Below, in pieces: positions 35,189 to 45,200 of a DNA stretch of 64,000 nt (positions within the stretch are counted from its first letter, which is position 1; the number at the start of each line of letters is the position of its first letter). The notes under the pieces are model-generated. The model worked only from the letters and a program-made list of their open reading frames with translations, searched no databases and had not been told where the DNA came from. A program made the position numbers and the translations under genes. The stretch is from IMG/VR virus record IMGVR_UViG_3300047443_000138; one strand, given 5' to 3'. The stretch is from an uncultured virus (IMG/VR IMGVR_UViG_3300047443_000138). Lineage: Duplodnaviria; Heunggongvirae; Uroviricota; Caudoviricetes.

Positions 35189-35644
35189 GTGAACAGCGAA
35201 ACCGAACCGCCGCGAAGACCGCGGCGTCATCTCATAGTCGGCGGCGTCCTCGTCGCCGTCCTGGCTGCCCAGTCGGCGGCGCTCGTCGCCCAGCAGATGC
35301 AGATCAGCGACCTGAAAACCCAGCGCAGCACACCCGGCCCGGCGGGTCCATCCGGGCCGCCCGGACCTGCGGGGCTGCCCGGTCTCCGCGGCCTTCCCGG
35401 GCCTGCAGGCAAAGACGGGAAGGACGGGAAGGACACCGTCGTCCCCATTCAGGGCAGTAACACTCAGACGCAGCTCACCGAGACCGAGGCCCGCGCTCAC
35501 TGCGAGACTGTCGCCGACCAGGCCTACCCCGGCAACAGCAACACCGGAGACACGACAGCCGACAGCCTCACAAACGCCTACTCCGCCACGATGCACGAGA
35601 AGACGTTCCAGCGGTGCATGGGCGAGCAGGGGTATCCGCAGTAG
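35189..35644 (+). CDS. Membrane-anchored collagen-like protein
   Basis: N-terminal TM segment, (GXY)n, two C-terminal Cys. Confidence 0.75.
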   Translation: MNSETEPPRRPRRHLIVGGVLVAVLAAQSAALVAQQMQISDLKTQRSTPGPAGPSGPPGPAGLPGLRGLPGPAGKDGKDGKDTVVPIQGSNTQTQLTETEARAHCETVADQAYPGNSNTGDTTADSLTNAYSATMHEKTFQRCMGEQGYPQ

Positions 35645-35723
35645 GAACGCCGGGCGCCCGCCATGACAGAGGCGTGACGGGCGGAGGACCGGCGTGACGC
35701 GCAGGCCTGACGGGGAAGCGGCG

Positions 35724-36245
35724 TCAGGCGGCCCGCTTCAGGTGGCGATCCGTGTTCAGCTCAAGACGCAACTGCTCGGCGAGGAGACGTCGAGTCTTCT
35801 TCACCTCGGTCGACAAGCGCGCGTACACGGGATCCTCGTATGCATCAGATTGCAGTTGAGCGTAGTCCCCGCGCATTTCAAGCAGGTTCTCCCGCGCGTA
35901 GAAGTCCCGGGCTCGGCCTGCCTCTGATGCTCGCTTCCAGCGTTCCTCGACGGCCGCCGACCCGAAGAGCTGGACGCGCGCCGTGAGGTCTTGACGGAGC
36001 TCTTCCGTCCCGGGCGTCCAACCATATTGCTCGTCGACGTCGTCATCGTCCATGTGCGCTATCTGTCCATTGCCGTGGCGCAGGACATCCAAGTAGAGCT
36101 CGGCGCGCTTGCTCCACAAGTACTGCCCTCGTTCAGCACGTCGCTGCAGCCTGGCCTGCAGGACTGCTGTTGCGGTGCTGGCCGCCAGTGCGATTGCGCC
36201 GCCCACGGTGACGCTCCAAAGCTCGCCCACTGCATCCCCTCCCAA
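35724..36245 (-). CDS. Hypothetical protein with an N-terminal TM helix
   Basis: SVTVGGAIALAASTATAVL then a charged helical domain. Confidence 0.65.
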   Translation of the reverse strand: MGGDAVGELWSVTVGGAIALAASTATAVLQARLQRRAERGQYLWSKRAELYLDVLRHGNGQIAHMDDDDVDEQYGWTPGTEELRQDLTARVQLFGSAAVEERWKRASEAGRARDFYARENLLEMRGDYAQLQSDAYEDPVYARLSTEVKKTRRLLAEQLRLELNTDRHLKRAA

Positions 36246-36337
36246 GGTGAGAGCAGGAGCATACGAGGGACCAGCTCATGAGTCCCCTTGCGCGCGAGCC
36301 ACAGGGGGCTACTCGGCCGACGGCTCAGCTCGGCTCG

Positions 36338-36907
36338 TCACGCGCGCTCCAGGTGGCGGTAGATGGTCGGCCGGCTGACGCCGAACTCCTCTGCAATCTG
36401 CTGCACGGTGTACTTGCGCTTGCCGTCGCCGCCAGTCTCGTCGTACATCTGCTGGGCGAGCTTGATCTGACGCTTGCCGAGCTTGGGCTTCTGGCCTCCC
36501 GTTCGGCCGCGCGCTCGCGCCGCTTCAAGGCCGTCCAGGGTTCGGTCCGACATCAGCGCGTGCTCGAACTCGGCGATAGCGCCGATGATCTGGAAGAAGA
36601 GGCGGCCGGCCGGAGTCGCCGTGTCGATGCCCTGATCGAGGACAACGAGGCCGATCCCGCGCGAGCGGAGTTCTTCGGACAGTTCGATGAGGTTCTTCAG
36701 GGAGCGGCCGAGCCGGTCGAGTTTGGTGATGACGAGTTGATCGCCTTCGCGGGCGACCATGAGGGCCTTGTCGAGTTCGGGGCGCCGGGCGAGCTTGCCG
36801 GACGCCTTGTCGGTGAAGACGCGTTCGCAGCCAGCTGCGATGAGTGCGTCCTGCTGGGCTTCGGGGTTTTGGTCTCGGGTCGAGACTCGTGCTACGCCGA
36901 TCCTCAT
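36338..36907 (-). CDS. Serine resolvase/invertase
   Basis: ARVST..Q, SG...RPEL, KLDRLGRS, FE, GR.GG, C-terminal HTH GVSRPTIYRHL. Confidence 0.95.
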   Translation of the reverse strand: MRIGVARVSTRDQNPEAQQDALIAAGCERVFTDKASGKLARRPELDKALMVAREGDQLVITKLDRLGRSLKNLIELSEELRSRGIGLVVLDQGIDTATPAGRLFFQIIGAIAEFEHALMSDRTLDGLEAARARGRTGGQKPKLGKRQIKLAQQMYDETGGDGKRKYTVQQIAEEFGVSRPTIYRHLERA

Positions 36908-37032
36908 GAATTCATTGTATCGCCAAGGGGGTTGCGCGTTACATAGATGCGTACACGAGTTACGTTACAGCGCTTCCCCAGGATGAGCGTCCGAACTGAG
37001 CCCTGTCACACAGACGATCGTTTGCGGACACA
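36908..37032. promoter_or_regulatory. Putative res site and promoter
   Basis: AT-richer tract with TGT...ACA boxes (TGTATC...GTTACA, CGTTACA twice, TGTCAC...CGGACA). Confidence 0.5.
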
Positions 37033-37069
37033 GCAGAACGCCCCCACAGCCGAAGCTGCAGGGGCGTCG

Positions 37070-37162
37070 TCACTCGGTCTCGTCGTCGTCCGGCGGCGGC
37101 ATGGGTGGCGGTTCGAGGAACGGCCGCGGCGACAGCCAGAACGGCGGAGGGTCTTCGTCCAT
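37070..37162 (-). CDS. 30-aa Pro/Asp-rich peptide
   Basis: AGGAG RBS; MDEDPPPFWLSPRPFLEPPPMPPPDDDETE; followed by a hairpin at 37037-37068. Confidence 0.55.
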   Translation of the reverse strand: MDEDPPPFWLSPRPFLEPPPMPPPDDDETE

Positions 37163-37170
37163 GGCGGCTC

Positions 37171-37785
37171 CTAGCCGAGTAGGCCCTTCTTCTCTGAGGG
37201 CTGCGGTGCACCGTCCTTGCGGCAGACGAGAGCGTCCGGATCATAGGCGGGCGTCTGGAGACTGTAGCCGTCGGGGCATGCCGGCCCGGGATCGCCCTTC
37301 TCGCCCTTCTCGCCCTTGTCTCCTTGTGGTCCTGCCGGCCCGGTGTCGCCTTGTGGGCCTTGCGGTCCGGTGGCTCCTGTTTCGCCGCGGTCTCCTTGCT
37401 GGCCGGCGGCACCGTTGGCGCCTGCGATTCCGGGCGTTCCGACGCCGTTGCTGCCGTTGATGCCGTTCTTTCCTGGCGCGCCGGAGGGTCCGATCGGTCC
37501 GACGGGTCCGGTCTCGCCTTGGACGCCTGGCGGGCCTTGGGGGCCGACGACGCTCTTGCCCGGCTCGCCTCGGCTGCCGGGTGGCCCACCCACCGGCTTG
37601 TGCCCCAACTGCTGTACCTGCCGCGCCAAGGCGTCCCGTGCATCATTCGCGGTCCGCAGGTCGTGGTTGAGCTCCTGCAGCCAGAGGACGAGCAGCGTGA
37701 ACAGGACGACCCCGCCCAGGACCAGTACGCCGTAGGCGATGTCCCGACGGCGTTGTATCTGGTCTCGACTGCGGTGGCCCCTCAC
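37171..37785 (-). CDS. Collagen-like membrane protein of the lysis cassette
   Basis: TM, coiled coil, long (GXY)n, CPDGY...LVCR. Confidence 0.85.
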   Translation of the reverse strand: MRGHRSRDQIQRRRDIAYGVLVLGGVVLFTLLVLWLQELNHDLRTANDARDALARQVQQLGHKPVGGPPGSRGEPGKSVVGPQGPPGVQGETGPVGPIGPSGAPGKNGINGSNGVGTPGIAGANGAAGQQGDRGETGATGPQGPQGDTGPAGPQGDKGEKGEKGDPGPACPDGYSLQTPAYDPDALVCRKDGAPQPSEKKGLLG

Positions 37786-38129
37786 GTGCCTGCTCCTCTC
37801 GCTGCCAAATACGCCTGTAGGAGCAGGAGGAGAACCGGGGCGGCGAGGCAGGAGAACACCAACCGGCGGTCTGCGCGCCGTTCGTCCTGCCGTTTCCGCC
37901 GGTCTGCTTCGGCTTCTCGCTGCTCTTGGAGGCGGGCCGCTTCGATGGCTGCGACCCGCTCAATCACTTGCCGGTGCACCTGGTCGGCGGCACGCCGCTC
38001 GAGCTCGTACCGCTCGACGCTGACTTTCTTGTCGAGCCGTGTGCCGTACTCGCGGAGGTCTTCCTTGAGGTCGGCGTGGATGGCCTCGAGGCGTCTGGCG
38101 ACCTCGCCGAGTGTCGGCTCGTCGGCCAC
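37782..38129 (-). CDS. Lysis-cassette membrane protein (coiled coil plus C-terminal TM)
   Basis: EPTLGEVARRL...; hydrophobic C-terminus. Confidence 0.75.
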   Translation of the reverse strand: MADEPTLGEVARRLEAIHADLKEDLREYGTRLDKKVSVERYELERRAADQVHRQVIERVAAIEAARLQEQREAEADRRKRQDERRADRRLVFSCLAAPVLLLLLQAYLAARGAGT

Positions 38130-38150
38130 GTGCTGCTCCGATCAGAGGTT

Positions 38151-38522
38151 CTACGACGCCGCCACGGCCGGGGCCGGTATGGGGCTGGCCGGCACCTTCG
38201 CGACGACCTGCGTGCGGGACCACAGTCCGATCGCGACGGTCACCAGCGACAGCCACATGGCCTGGTGGTCGGCGTCGAGCTTCAGGCCGAAGCCGACCGC
38301 GGCGGCAACGAGGGCCTGCGCCAGGTTGAAGACGGCCGCGCCGATCGAATCGTGGGCGCTGATCGCGATGAACAGGGCGACGCCGCACGCGGCGACGGTG
38401 TTGACGGTGGCCTGCTGGTTCACGGTCGCGTGGAACACGTAGGCGGAGCTCAGCTTTACGAGGACGCTGACGAGGGCCAGGATCGCCGCGGGCTCACGTC
38501 CGAACGTCTTGACTGTAGGCAT
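38151..38522 (-). CDS. Holin
   Basis: FGREPAAIL..., about 4 TM segments, RTQV; follows the endolysin. Confidence 0.8.
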   Translation of the reverse strand: MPTVKTFGREPAAILALVSVLVKLSSAYVFHATVNQQATVNTVAACGVALFIAISAHDSIGAAVFNLAQALVAAAVGFGLKLDADHQAMWLSLVTVAIGLWSRTQVVAKVPASPIPAPAVAAS

Positions 38523-38548
38523 GGGAGGAACCGTTCTGCGAGTAGGGG

Positions 38549-39736
38549 TCAGTCGGTGACGGTGAAGCCGTGGGCGTTGCCGAGCCGTGTGAGGGAGGCC
38601 TTGCCGGGGATGCCGTCGGCGGCAACTCCGGAGTAGTCGTAGCGGCGCTGGAGGGCGGCGTAGGCGGTGACGGTCTTCGTGCCGAAGGAGCCGTCAACGT
38701 ACTGCGTCGCCAGCAGGCCCTCGGCGTGCAGCGCCTTCTCGACCAGCAGGACTTCGGACCGGTAGCTGGTGTGGCCCTGCGCGGCGGCCGGGTCGTGCCG
38801 GGCGGCGTACACGACGTGCGCCAGGGAGACCTTCGGCTTCGTGGCCGGCTTCGGTGGAGTGACCGGGCCGGGAGGCTGCGGGGTGGGCGCTGCCTTCCCC
38901 GGCACCTTGGCCATGTCGATGCCGCCCGGGTCCCAGTGCGTGTTGCCGGGCACGTGACAGTGGCCGTAGTGCCCGCCCTTGGACTGCCAGATGTCGCGGC
39001 GGCGCGGCATTGCTTGGCTCGACGAGGTGACGGGGGGTCCTGCGGGCCAGACGTCGGGGATGCCGTGCGCCCGGCCTGCGGCGAGGAGCTTGCGGAAGTT
39101 CGGCTTGGCGGCCGGGTCGAATCCGTCGGTCCAGGGCGGGGACGGCATGGCGACGACCTCGACCTGAATGTTGACGAGGCCTTCGCGGTTGGTGCGGCGG
39201 TTGCCGTCGTTCTGCAACGCGCGGGCGGACTGGGTGAGGGGTCCGAACTGGCCGAGGCGGTCGCTCTTGGGGTCGTACAACACCTGCGGCTCGAACCCGG
39301 CGTTGATCAGGTAGGACGCCATCGAGGTGAAGTAGCCGGTGGGGCTGACGGTGACGTGCCAGGTGAACCTGGGCCCCGACTCGGGGTGGTCCATGGCGCC
39401 GCCGATGACCTGCCCGCCGAGACGCTCGACGCCGTCGATATACGCGGGGCCACTGGTGGCGGTCCGCGGCACGTCAGCGCCCTCGAGGCCGGGCCCGGGA
39501 GCACGGACAGTGAACGGGGCGGCGTCGGTGGGCTGGTACCAGTCGAGGTCGCCGCCCTCCTCGTCCGGGCGGAGGACGAAGAACGTGCCGTCCTGCTGCG
39601 GGTGTTCCTTGACGAACCGCGGCACGTCCTCGAGGCCGGCGAGGGCCCGCACGGTCTCGACGTGGTCCTGGTCGACCTCGCCGCAGTACGTGACGGTCTG
39701 GTCGGGGTGGACGATCGCGGCGTGGAATGTGGTCAT
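38549..39736 (-). CDS. Endolysin (amidase-like plus peptidoglycan-binding domain)
   Basis: WHVT, IQVEV, GH.HVPGN.HWDPG; C-terminal DG.FG.KT..AY...Q...ADGIPG..SL..LG. Confidence 0.88.
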   Translation of the reverse strand: MTTFHAAIVHPDQTVTYCGEVDQDHVETVRALAGLEDVPRFVKEHPQQDGTFFVLRPDEEGGDLDWYQPTDAAPFTVRAPGPGLEGADVPRTATSGPAYIDGVERLGGQVIGGAMDHPESGPRFTWHVTVSPTGYFTSMASYLINAGFEPQVLYDPKSDRLGQFGPLTQSARALQNDGNRRTNREGLVNIQVEVVAMPSPPWTDGFDPAAKPNFRKLLAAGRAHGIPDVWPAGPPVTSSSQAMPRRRDIWQSKGGHYGHCHVPGNTHWDPGGIDMAKVPGKAAPTPQPPGPVTPPKPATKPKVSLAHVVYAARHDPAAAQGHTSYRSEVLLVEKALHAEGLLATQYVDGSFGTKTVTAYAALQRRYDYSGVAADGIPGKASLTRLGNAHGFTVTD

Positions 39737-40572
39737 CACAGCCCCTTCGCGGTGAGCCACGCGTGGGCGGCCTTGGCCATGGCGGCGTCGACCGAGGCGG
39801 GCGTGGGAGTGGGTGTCGGCGTCGGGGTGGGCGCCGGGGAGGTGAGCGGTACGAAGAACGTGACGTCGCCCTGCTCGTCGAGGAGTCGGCCCCAGTCGTC
39901 GAAGGAGAAGCGGAACGTGCCGTTCAGGCCCCAGTCGGCGGTCCAGGAGTTGCGGGCCCAGACGAGCTTGTTGACGGCGTCGATGCCGTACACACAGAAC
40001 TCGTGGCCGCCGCGGACCGAGCCGGAGATCTTCACGCGGCCGCTGGCGTCCGGGTTGTCGAAGCCCTCGTACCAGTTGACGCCGGTGATGCACGGCAGCG
40101 CGCCGAGCCCCTTGAGGGCAGCATCCAGGGAGAGGGCGTGCTGGTAGCCGGAGATGAGCCCGGCCTTCTGCGCGGCCTTGGCCCCGGCCAGTCCGACGGA
40201 TCCGGTGTCGTCGGGCGGATAGGTGCCCTTGATGTTGTCGAGGCCGGTGGCCGACGAGTACAGGGCGAGGCCCTGCTTGTTGTCGGTGGCAGCGTCTGCC
40301 GTGGGCCGGGCCTTCACCGTGGTGGGGATTGCCGCGTAGAAGGGATCGGCGGACGTGCAGGCCTCGGTGCCGAATCCGACGCAGGCGCCGACGTCGCCCT
40401 GGTTGAGGACGGGCGCGTTCACCTTGTGCCAGGCGGAGGTGTAGCCGGTGCTGAGGAGATCCTCCGACAGGGCGTAAGCGCGAGAGCGTTCGTCGTGCTC
40501 GACGTGACGGCCGAGCCTGCCGCCGGCTTCGCTGGGGTGTTCTTCGATGTGCCGGGTGACGATCACAGTCAA
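39736..40572 (-). CDS. Papain-like (C1) cysteine peptidase
   Basis: NQG.VGACVGF, GGH, RNSW..DWG.NG; PT linker. Confidence 0.88.
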   Translation of the reverse strand: MTVIVTRHIEEHPSEAGGRLGRHVEHDERSRAYALSEDLLSTGYTSAWHKVNAPVLNQGDVGACVGFGTEACTSADPFYAAIPTTVKARPTADAATDNKQGLALYSSATGLDNIKGTYPPDDTGSVGLAGAKAAQKAGLISGYQHALSLDAALKGLGALPCITGVNWYEGFDNPDASGRVKISGSVRGGHEFCVYGIDAVNKLVWARNSWTADWGLNGTFRFSFDDWGRLLDEQGDVTFFVPLTSPAPTPTPTPTPTPASVDAAMAKAAHAWLTAKGL

Positions 40573-40651
40573 CGAGGGCTCCGAGAGGGCGCAGGGGCAT
40601 GAGAAAACCCCAGGGCCGACGGGCCGAGGGGCGACTAGGGGCGCGGGCGGG

Positions 40652-41737
40652 TTAGTTGCAGGGGTAGCTGACTGGGGGGATCCAGCGGTGTCCGTCGCCG
40701 GGGGCGCCTGCGGTCGGCGTGTAGGCGAGCGGGGACAGCAGCGTGTCGGCGGCGGTCTCGTTGCGGGTGCCCTGCCACAGGTCGGTGCCCTGGTACGGGA
40801 TGCCGTCCACCACGCTGACGGTCCGGGCCTGGCCGCCGCAGCCGGGGCTGATGTCGCGACGACCGCCGGGCGGCGCGGACCAGCCCAAATTCGCGGGTGC
40901 GGTCCACGGGCCCGTCAGGGACGGCGCGGTCGCGTAGCCGGTCGGGGTGCCGGTGCAGTAGCCGCACTTCTCGGCGTAGGTCATCACCCACGTCCCTGAC
41001 GTGGGGTCTTGCCAGGCTCCGACGCCCTCGACGTCGGCGAGCCCGGCAAGTCCGTTGGAGCCGGTGCCGTTGCCATTGGCCCACCACTTGTCGAGCTGCT
41101 CGACGGCGAGGGTGCCGCCGTAGGAGCAGATGATGGCCGCGCCACCCGTGCTGTCGGGCACGAACGCGAAGTCGCCGTTGTTGCCCGCGCATTGGTGCAG
41201 GCTCGGTTTGTGGGTGGACCCGTTGGGCGCGCCGGCCGAGGCGCCGCAGGGCCCGGCCGGACCGTTACAGCCCATGATCCAGTACGCGTGCGTTGAGGTC
41301 GACGTGCGGGCGTCGGGCATGTTGAACCACAGCACCCACACCCCGTCAGGCCTGGCGGCCATGCGCGGGTTGAAGCAGCCGTGGCCGTTGACCAGCGCGC
41401 ACTCGCTCGCAAAGGTCTTGCCGGTGTACGGGTCGATCTCGGTGACTGGGAACAGCGGTTGGGGTGCGGACCAGGGGCCTTCCAGTGACGGCGCGGTGGA
41501 CACGCCGAACCCGCACCAGGGGCTGGGGACATACCACTGGTAGCCGCAGCCGTACATGGAGCCGACCATGTAGTAGGTGCCGTCGGCCTTGTAGGCCATG
41601 CCGTCGTGCAGGTCCACGCCATCGATCACGACCGGCGGGGGCGCGGTCGTGCTGTCGGGGACGGCCGGGGTGCTGGCCGCGAGGAGCGCGGCAGCGGTGA
41701 GAATGAGCGCGGCCAGGACGGTACGAATACGTGGCAC
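40652..41737 (-). CDS. Secreted beta-propeller glycoside hydrolase-like protein (GH43-like)
   Basis: Signal peptide; HDG...DGTYYMVG, FNPR, GD..F, VEG, YATAPSLTGPW. Confidence 0.65.
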   Translation of the reverse strand: MPRIRTVLAALILTAAALLAASTPAVPDSTTAPPPVVIDGVDLHDGMAYKADGTYYMVGSMYGCGYQWYVPSPWCGFGVSTAPSLEGPWSAPQPLFPVTEIDPYTGKTFASECALVNGHGCFNPRMAARPDGVWVLWFNMPDARTSTSTHAYWIMGCNGPAGPCGASAGAPNGSTHKPSLHQCAGNNGDFAFVPDSTGGAAIICSYGGTLAVEQLDKWWANGNGTGSNGLAGLADVEGVGAWQDPTSGTWVMTYAEKCGYCTGTPTGYATAPSLTGPWTAPANLGWSAPPGGRRDISPGCGGQARTVSVVDGIPYQGTDLWQGTRNETAADTLLSPLAYTPTAGAPGDGHRWIPPVSYPCN

Positions 41738-41746
41738 GCCAGCTCC

Positions 41747-42280
41747 TTACCTGGACAGGAAGTACAAGGCCATGGCGGAGGAGGAGTCCGAGCCGGCATA
41801 CGTGGCCAGAGTTCCGCCGCTTGTCTGGTTGCCCCACACCTCGACGAAGTCCGTGGTGCCGTTCATGGTGACGACGGCCCAGCACTGGCCGCACCACTGC
41901 GCGCCTGACACTGAGGCGCTGACGATCTGCGAGCCGCGCACGCTGGTTCCGTTGAGTTTGATCTGCGCCGTGCGCAGGCCGGTTGCGTTGCTCGCCCACG
42001 CCACGGAGCCGAGTACCAGGTAGGTGCCCGGCACCGTGGCCGTGTAGCGGCTCGTGTTGGTGACCGTGGAGTGGCCGCCGTCCGAGTCCAGGTTCTCCGT
42101 GTCGATAGTCAGCGCGACGGGAGTGTTGTTGGCGACGCTCTGGGTGGATGTCTGGACGCCAGCGAAGACCGGCGGCGCGGTCAGGAAGTCATTGAGGGCT
42201 TTGACCTGGGCATTCCACAGTGCGGCAGTCTCGAAGTTTCCCGGGACTACTGATGCGGAGACGGGGACGGTGCGGGGCAC
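41747..42280 (-). CDS. Minor tail / receptor-binding protein (C1q-like beta sandwich)
   Basis: DTE..D.DGGH....NTSRYTA.VPG.Y...MNGTTDFVEV...Q.SG..L. Confidence 0.7.
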   Translation of the reverse strand: MPRTVPVSASVVPGNFETAALWNAQVKALNDFLTAPPVFAGVQTSTQSVANNTPVALTIDTENLDSDGGHSTVTNTSRYTATVPGTYLVLGSVAWASNATGLRTAQIKLNGTSVRGSQIVSASVSGAQWCGQCWAVVTMNGTTDFVEVWGNQTSGGTLATYAGSDSSSAMALYFLSR

Positions 42281-42292
42281 GGGGGCCTCCTC

Positions 42293-45200
42293 TCAGTAGG
42301 CGAAGGCTGTGGAGTCGAACATGCTGACGGCGTCCCAGGTGGTGGCGTCAGTCGTTCCCCCCGGTAGCTGGTCGCAGACGACCGCGCCGACGCCGTGGGC
42401 GTTGACGGTCCCGGCGGTGAGGGTGATGACGGCCGACGTCCAGCCTGGGGAGGTGGCGCCGATGGCGGAGATCGTGACGTTCTCTGCCGTGGCCAGGCCC
42501 GGATCGAGGGTGATGACCTCGCCGACCGCCAGCTGGGCCGCGAGCGGATTCGTATTGTCCTGGGACGGGTTGATGGTGATGGACGTCGCCCCCGCGCTGA
42601 TGCCCGTCTTCAAGGCGGTATGCCAGGATGAGAAAACGCCGTAGGGGGTCAAGTCGGCCGGGCTGCACTGGAGCGTGACCCAGGCCTCCCCGTCGTCGCC
42701 GAAGTCCCAGGCGATGTTCTCGACGAAGCATTCGATCTGCGTGACAGGGACCCCGGGAGGCCGCCGCATCACCCGCACCCGGGTTCCGAGTTCCAGCGCC
42801 AGGCACACCGGCCACAGGGCGGGGTTCGCGGACGGGTGGAGCTTCACCGAGGACACCCGCGTCGCAGGCATCTTGTACCGGGACAGCAGGTAGTTCGCCG
42901 CGTCCTGGCATTCGAGCGCACTCGACGAGTTGATCGTGCGGCTCATCGACCTCGGGAAATAGTTCGTAGCGCTGGTGGGGTCCTGCGCGTAGAAGTTCTG
43001 GCCGCCACCCTCCTGCGTGACCGTGACCTGGTTCGACAGGTGGGTGCTGTCGTAGTCGAGCGTCACGTCCTCGTAGGGCCATTCGCCCGCGTTCTCCCCG
43101 AACGTGTACGCAGGCGTCAGCGCGTTGTAGCGCGCCGAGCGGGACTTGAACTGCACGAATCCCTGCTTGTCGACGAAATGCTCGCCCGACTCGGATTCCA
43201 CCACCGCCTGCAGCGCGGACACAGCGTCCTGCCCATCGATGTTCGCCGGCCCCATACTCGTTGTGAGACCGGTCTGGACCGTGGACGGGCCGGTGTATCC
43301 CGCATAGCGCAGCACCCGCGCATAGCGGGCGCCGCTGGATTCGCCGGCGCAAGCGTTCTTCCACGCCTGGTACATGTTGGCGATCTGAGTGCCGGTCGAG
43401 AACATGGCCGGGAACTCAGCGACAAAGCTGATGTCCCCCTTGAAATTGAAGGTCGTGCCATTGCCGACCGTGGCGTCGACGAACCCGCCGACGTTGTCGC
43501 TGATCAGGCCGGTGGGCGTGTTGGTGATGGGAACGCTGCCGATGTAGGCGGAGGTGCTGCCGTCCTGCGACGCGAGGATCTGCTGCGTGGCCTGGTTGTA
43601 GCCGAAGATCAGCAGGTGCCAGTCACCGTCGACGCAGTTCGTCGCGCCGCCGAAGTAGGTGACCGTGCCCGCTCCGGTGGGCCCTTCGATCCACACCAGC
43701 GGCTTGCCCGTCGTGTCCAAATAGACGTAGATGTGACTGCCTGAGGGGGTGCCGCCGCTGCGCTGGCTGTCCATGCAGGACCATAGGTAGGCGCCAGCTG
43801 CCGGGGTTGGGCCCGTGTAGCGGAACGCAATCATTCGGGTCCATGCAGTCGGGTCGGCAGGGCCAACAATGCCCGCGCTCGACAGCTTGATGAACGTCGC
43901 GCCGCCCGAGATCAGGTTCGTGCCCGGGTTGCTGTTGTTGATCGTAACGACGGTGCCGCTGGATCCGGTGTAGGTGCCTGTCGCGTCGGTGGCCGTGATC
44001 GCGTTACCGAAGGTCAGCGACCCGGCGCCGTACTTGCTGATGGCGAGCTGCGCGGCCGGGTTGGTGCCCGTCCAATCCGCCACGCTCGTGGATCCGGCCG
44101 GATCATCGAGCCGGTAAACGAACCGGGGGCTGCTGTTGTTGATCTCCTGCGTCAGCGGGTCCGACAGCTGTTTCTGTGACAGCAGTGAGAACGCGTCCAC
44201 AGCAGTCGGCTGCACCAGCCCATATGTACCGGACATGTCCCACGACGACGGCCACCGCTCCATATAGCCCGCGTACACCGGATTCCACACACCGGGGCAC
44301 ACCCAGCTCGTCGACGCCGCTCCCTTCTCCAACTGCCAGCCGTCCACCTGCACACTGCACGTGGCCGCCGCGGCGCCTCCGGTTTCGACGCCGACCGCCA
44401 TGCGGGCGGTGCCTGCCGGGGCTGTGCCGGTGACGGTGAGAAGGGTCCACGCGGCCGTGGCACTCCCGGCGAGGGTTACCGGGGATGACCGGACAGCCGT
44501 GATGGTGCCCGGCACGTCGGTGAAAAGGATGAACGCGTCCACCTGCTGCGATGTGGATGCGGTGACGTTACGAACTCGCATTTGCAGGGTGTAGGTGATG
44601 CCCGGCTGCACTGCGGGCTGCCGGGTGAAGCCGATCGATGTCTGCGTGGCTGTGCCGTTGGGCACGGAGAACTGGAAGACGTTGCCGCCCTGCCATGCCG
44701 AGCTGGAGGCGGTGATGGTGCCGCCGCTGCTGTCGGTCAACGAGAAGACGTCGATCCCTGCGGATCCGCCGGGGATAGTACCGGTGGAATAGCCGCCGAG
44801 ATCTCCGCCCGTGGCCTGCACCTGCGTGAGCAGGTTGCGGGTCGGCGGCCACTGCGCGCGCCGCCGGTAGGGCTGGTAGGGCTGAATGTGCCCGTACCAG
44901 GGACCCGATGCGTTGAGCGGATCCAAGGCCGCGTCCGTGTTCGCGAGCGTCAGGCCAGCCTCGCCGGAGCGGACCTGGTCCAGCTCGTACTGCCGACCCC
45001 GGGATACGGTCACGGAGTTGCGTGTGCGGTCACTGATCTCCACATAGCGGTCGAGCGGGGAGTCGCCTCCGTTGGCGTTCCAGAACGGGCCCCACGCGTC
45101 TTCGATCATCGGCCAGTTCAGGTTGGGCTGGCCGGGTGCGGAACTGGTCGTGTTGACGTGGTCGATGTACGCGGACATGCCCGCGGACTCGGTGGCGTAG

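Noticed and set aside
36338..36907. Tn3-family transposon or tail-fibre invertase system
   Set aside because: No transposase, terminal inverted repeats or inverted tail cassette seen
38549..40600. 683-aa endolysin as given in the ORF track
   Set aside because: The upstream part overlaps the C1 peptidase in another frame; the coupled ATG at 39736 is the credible start
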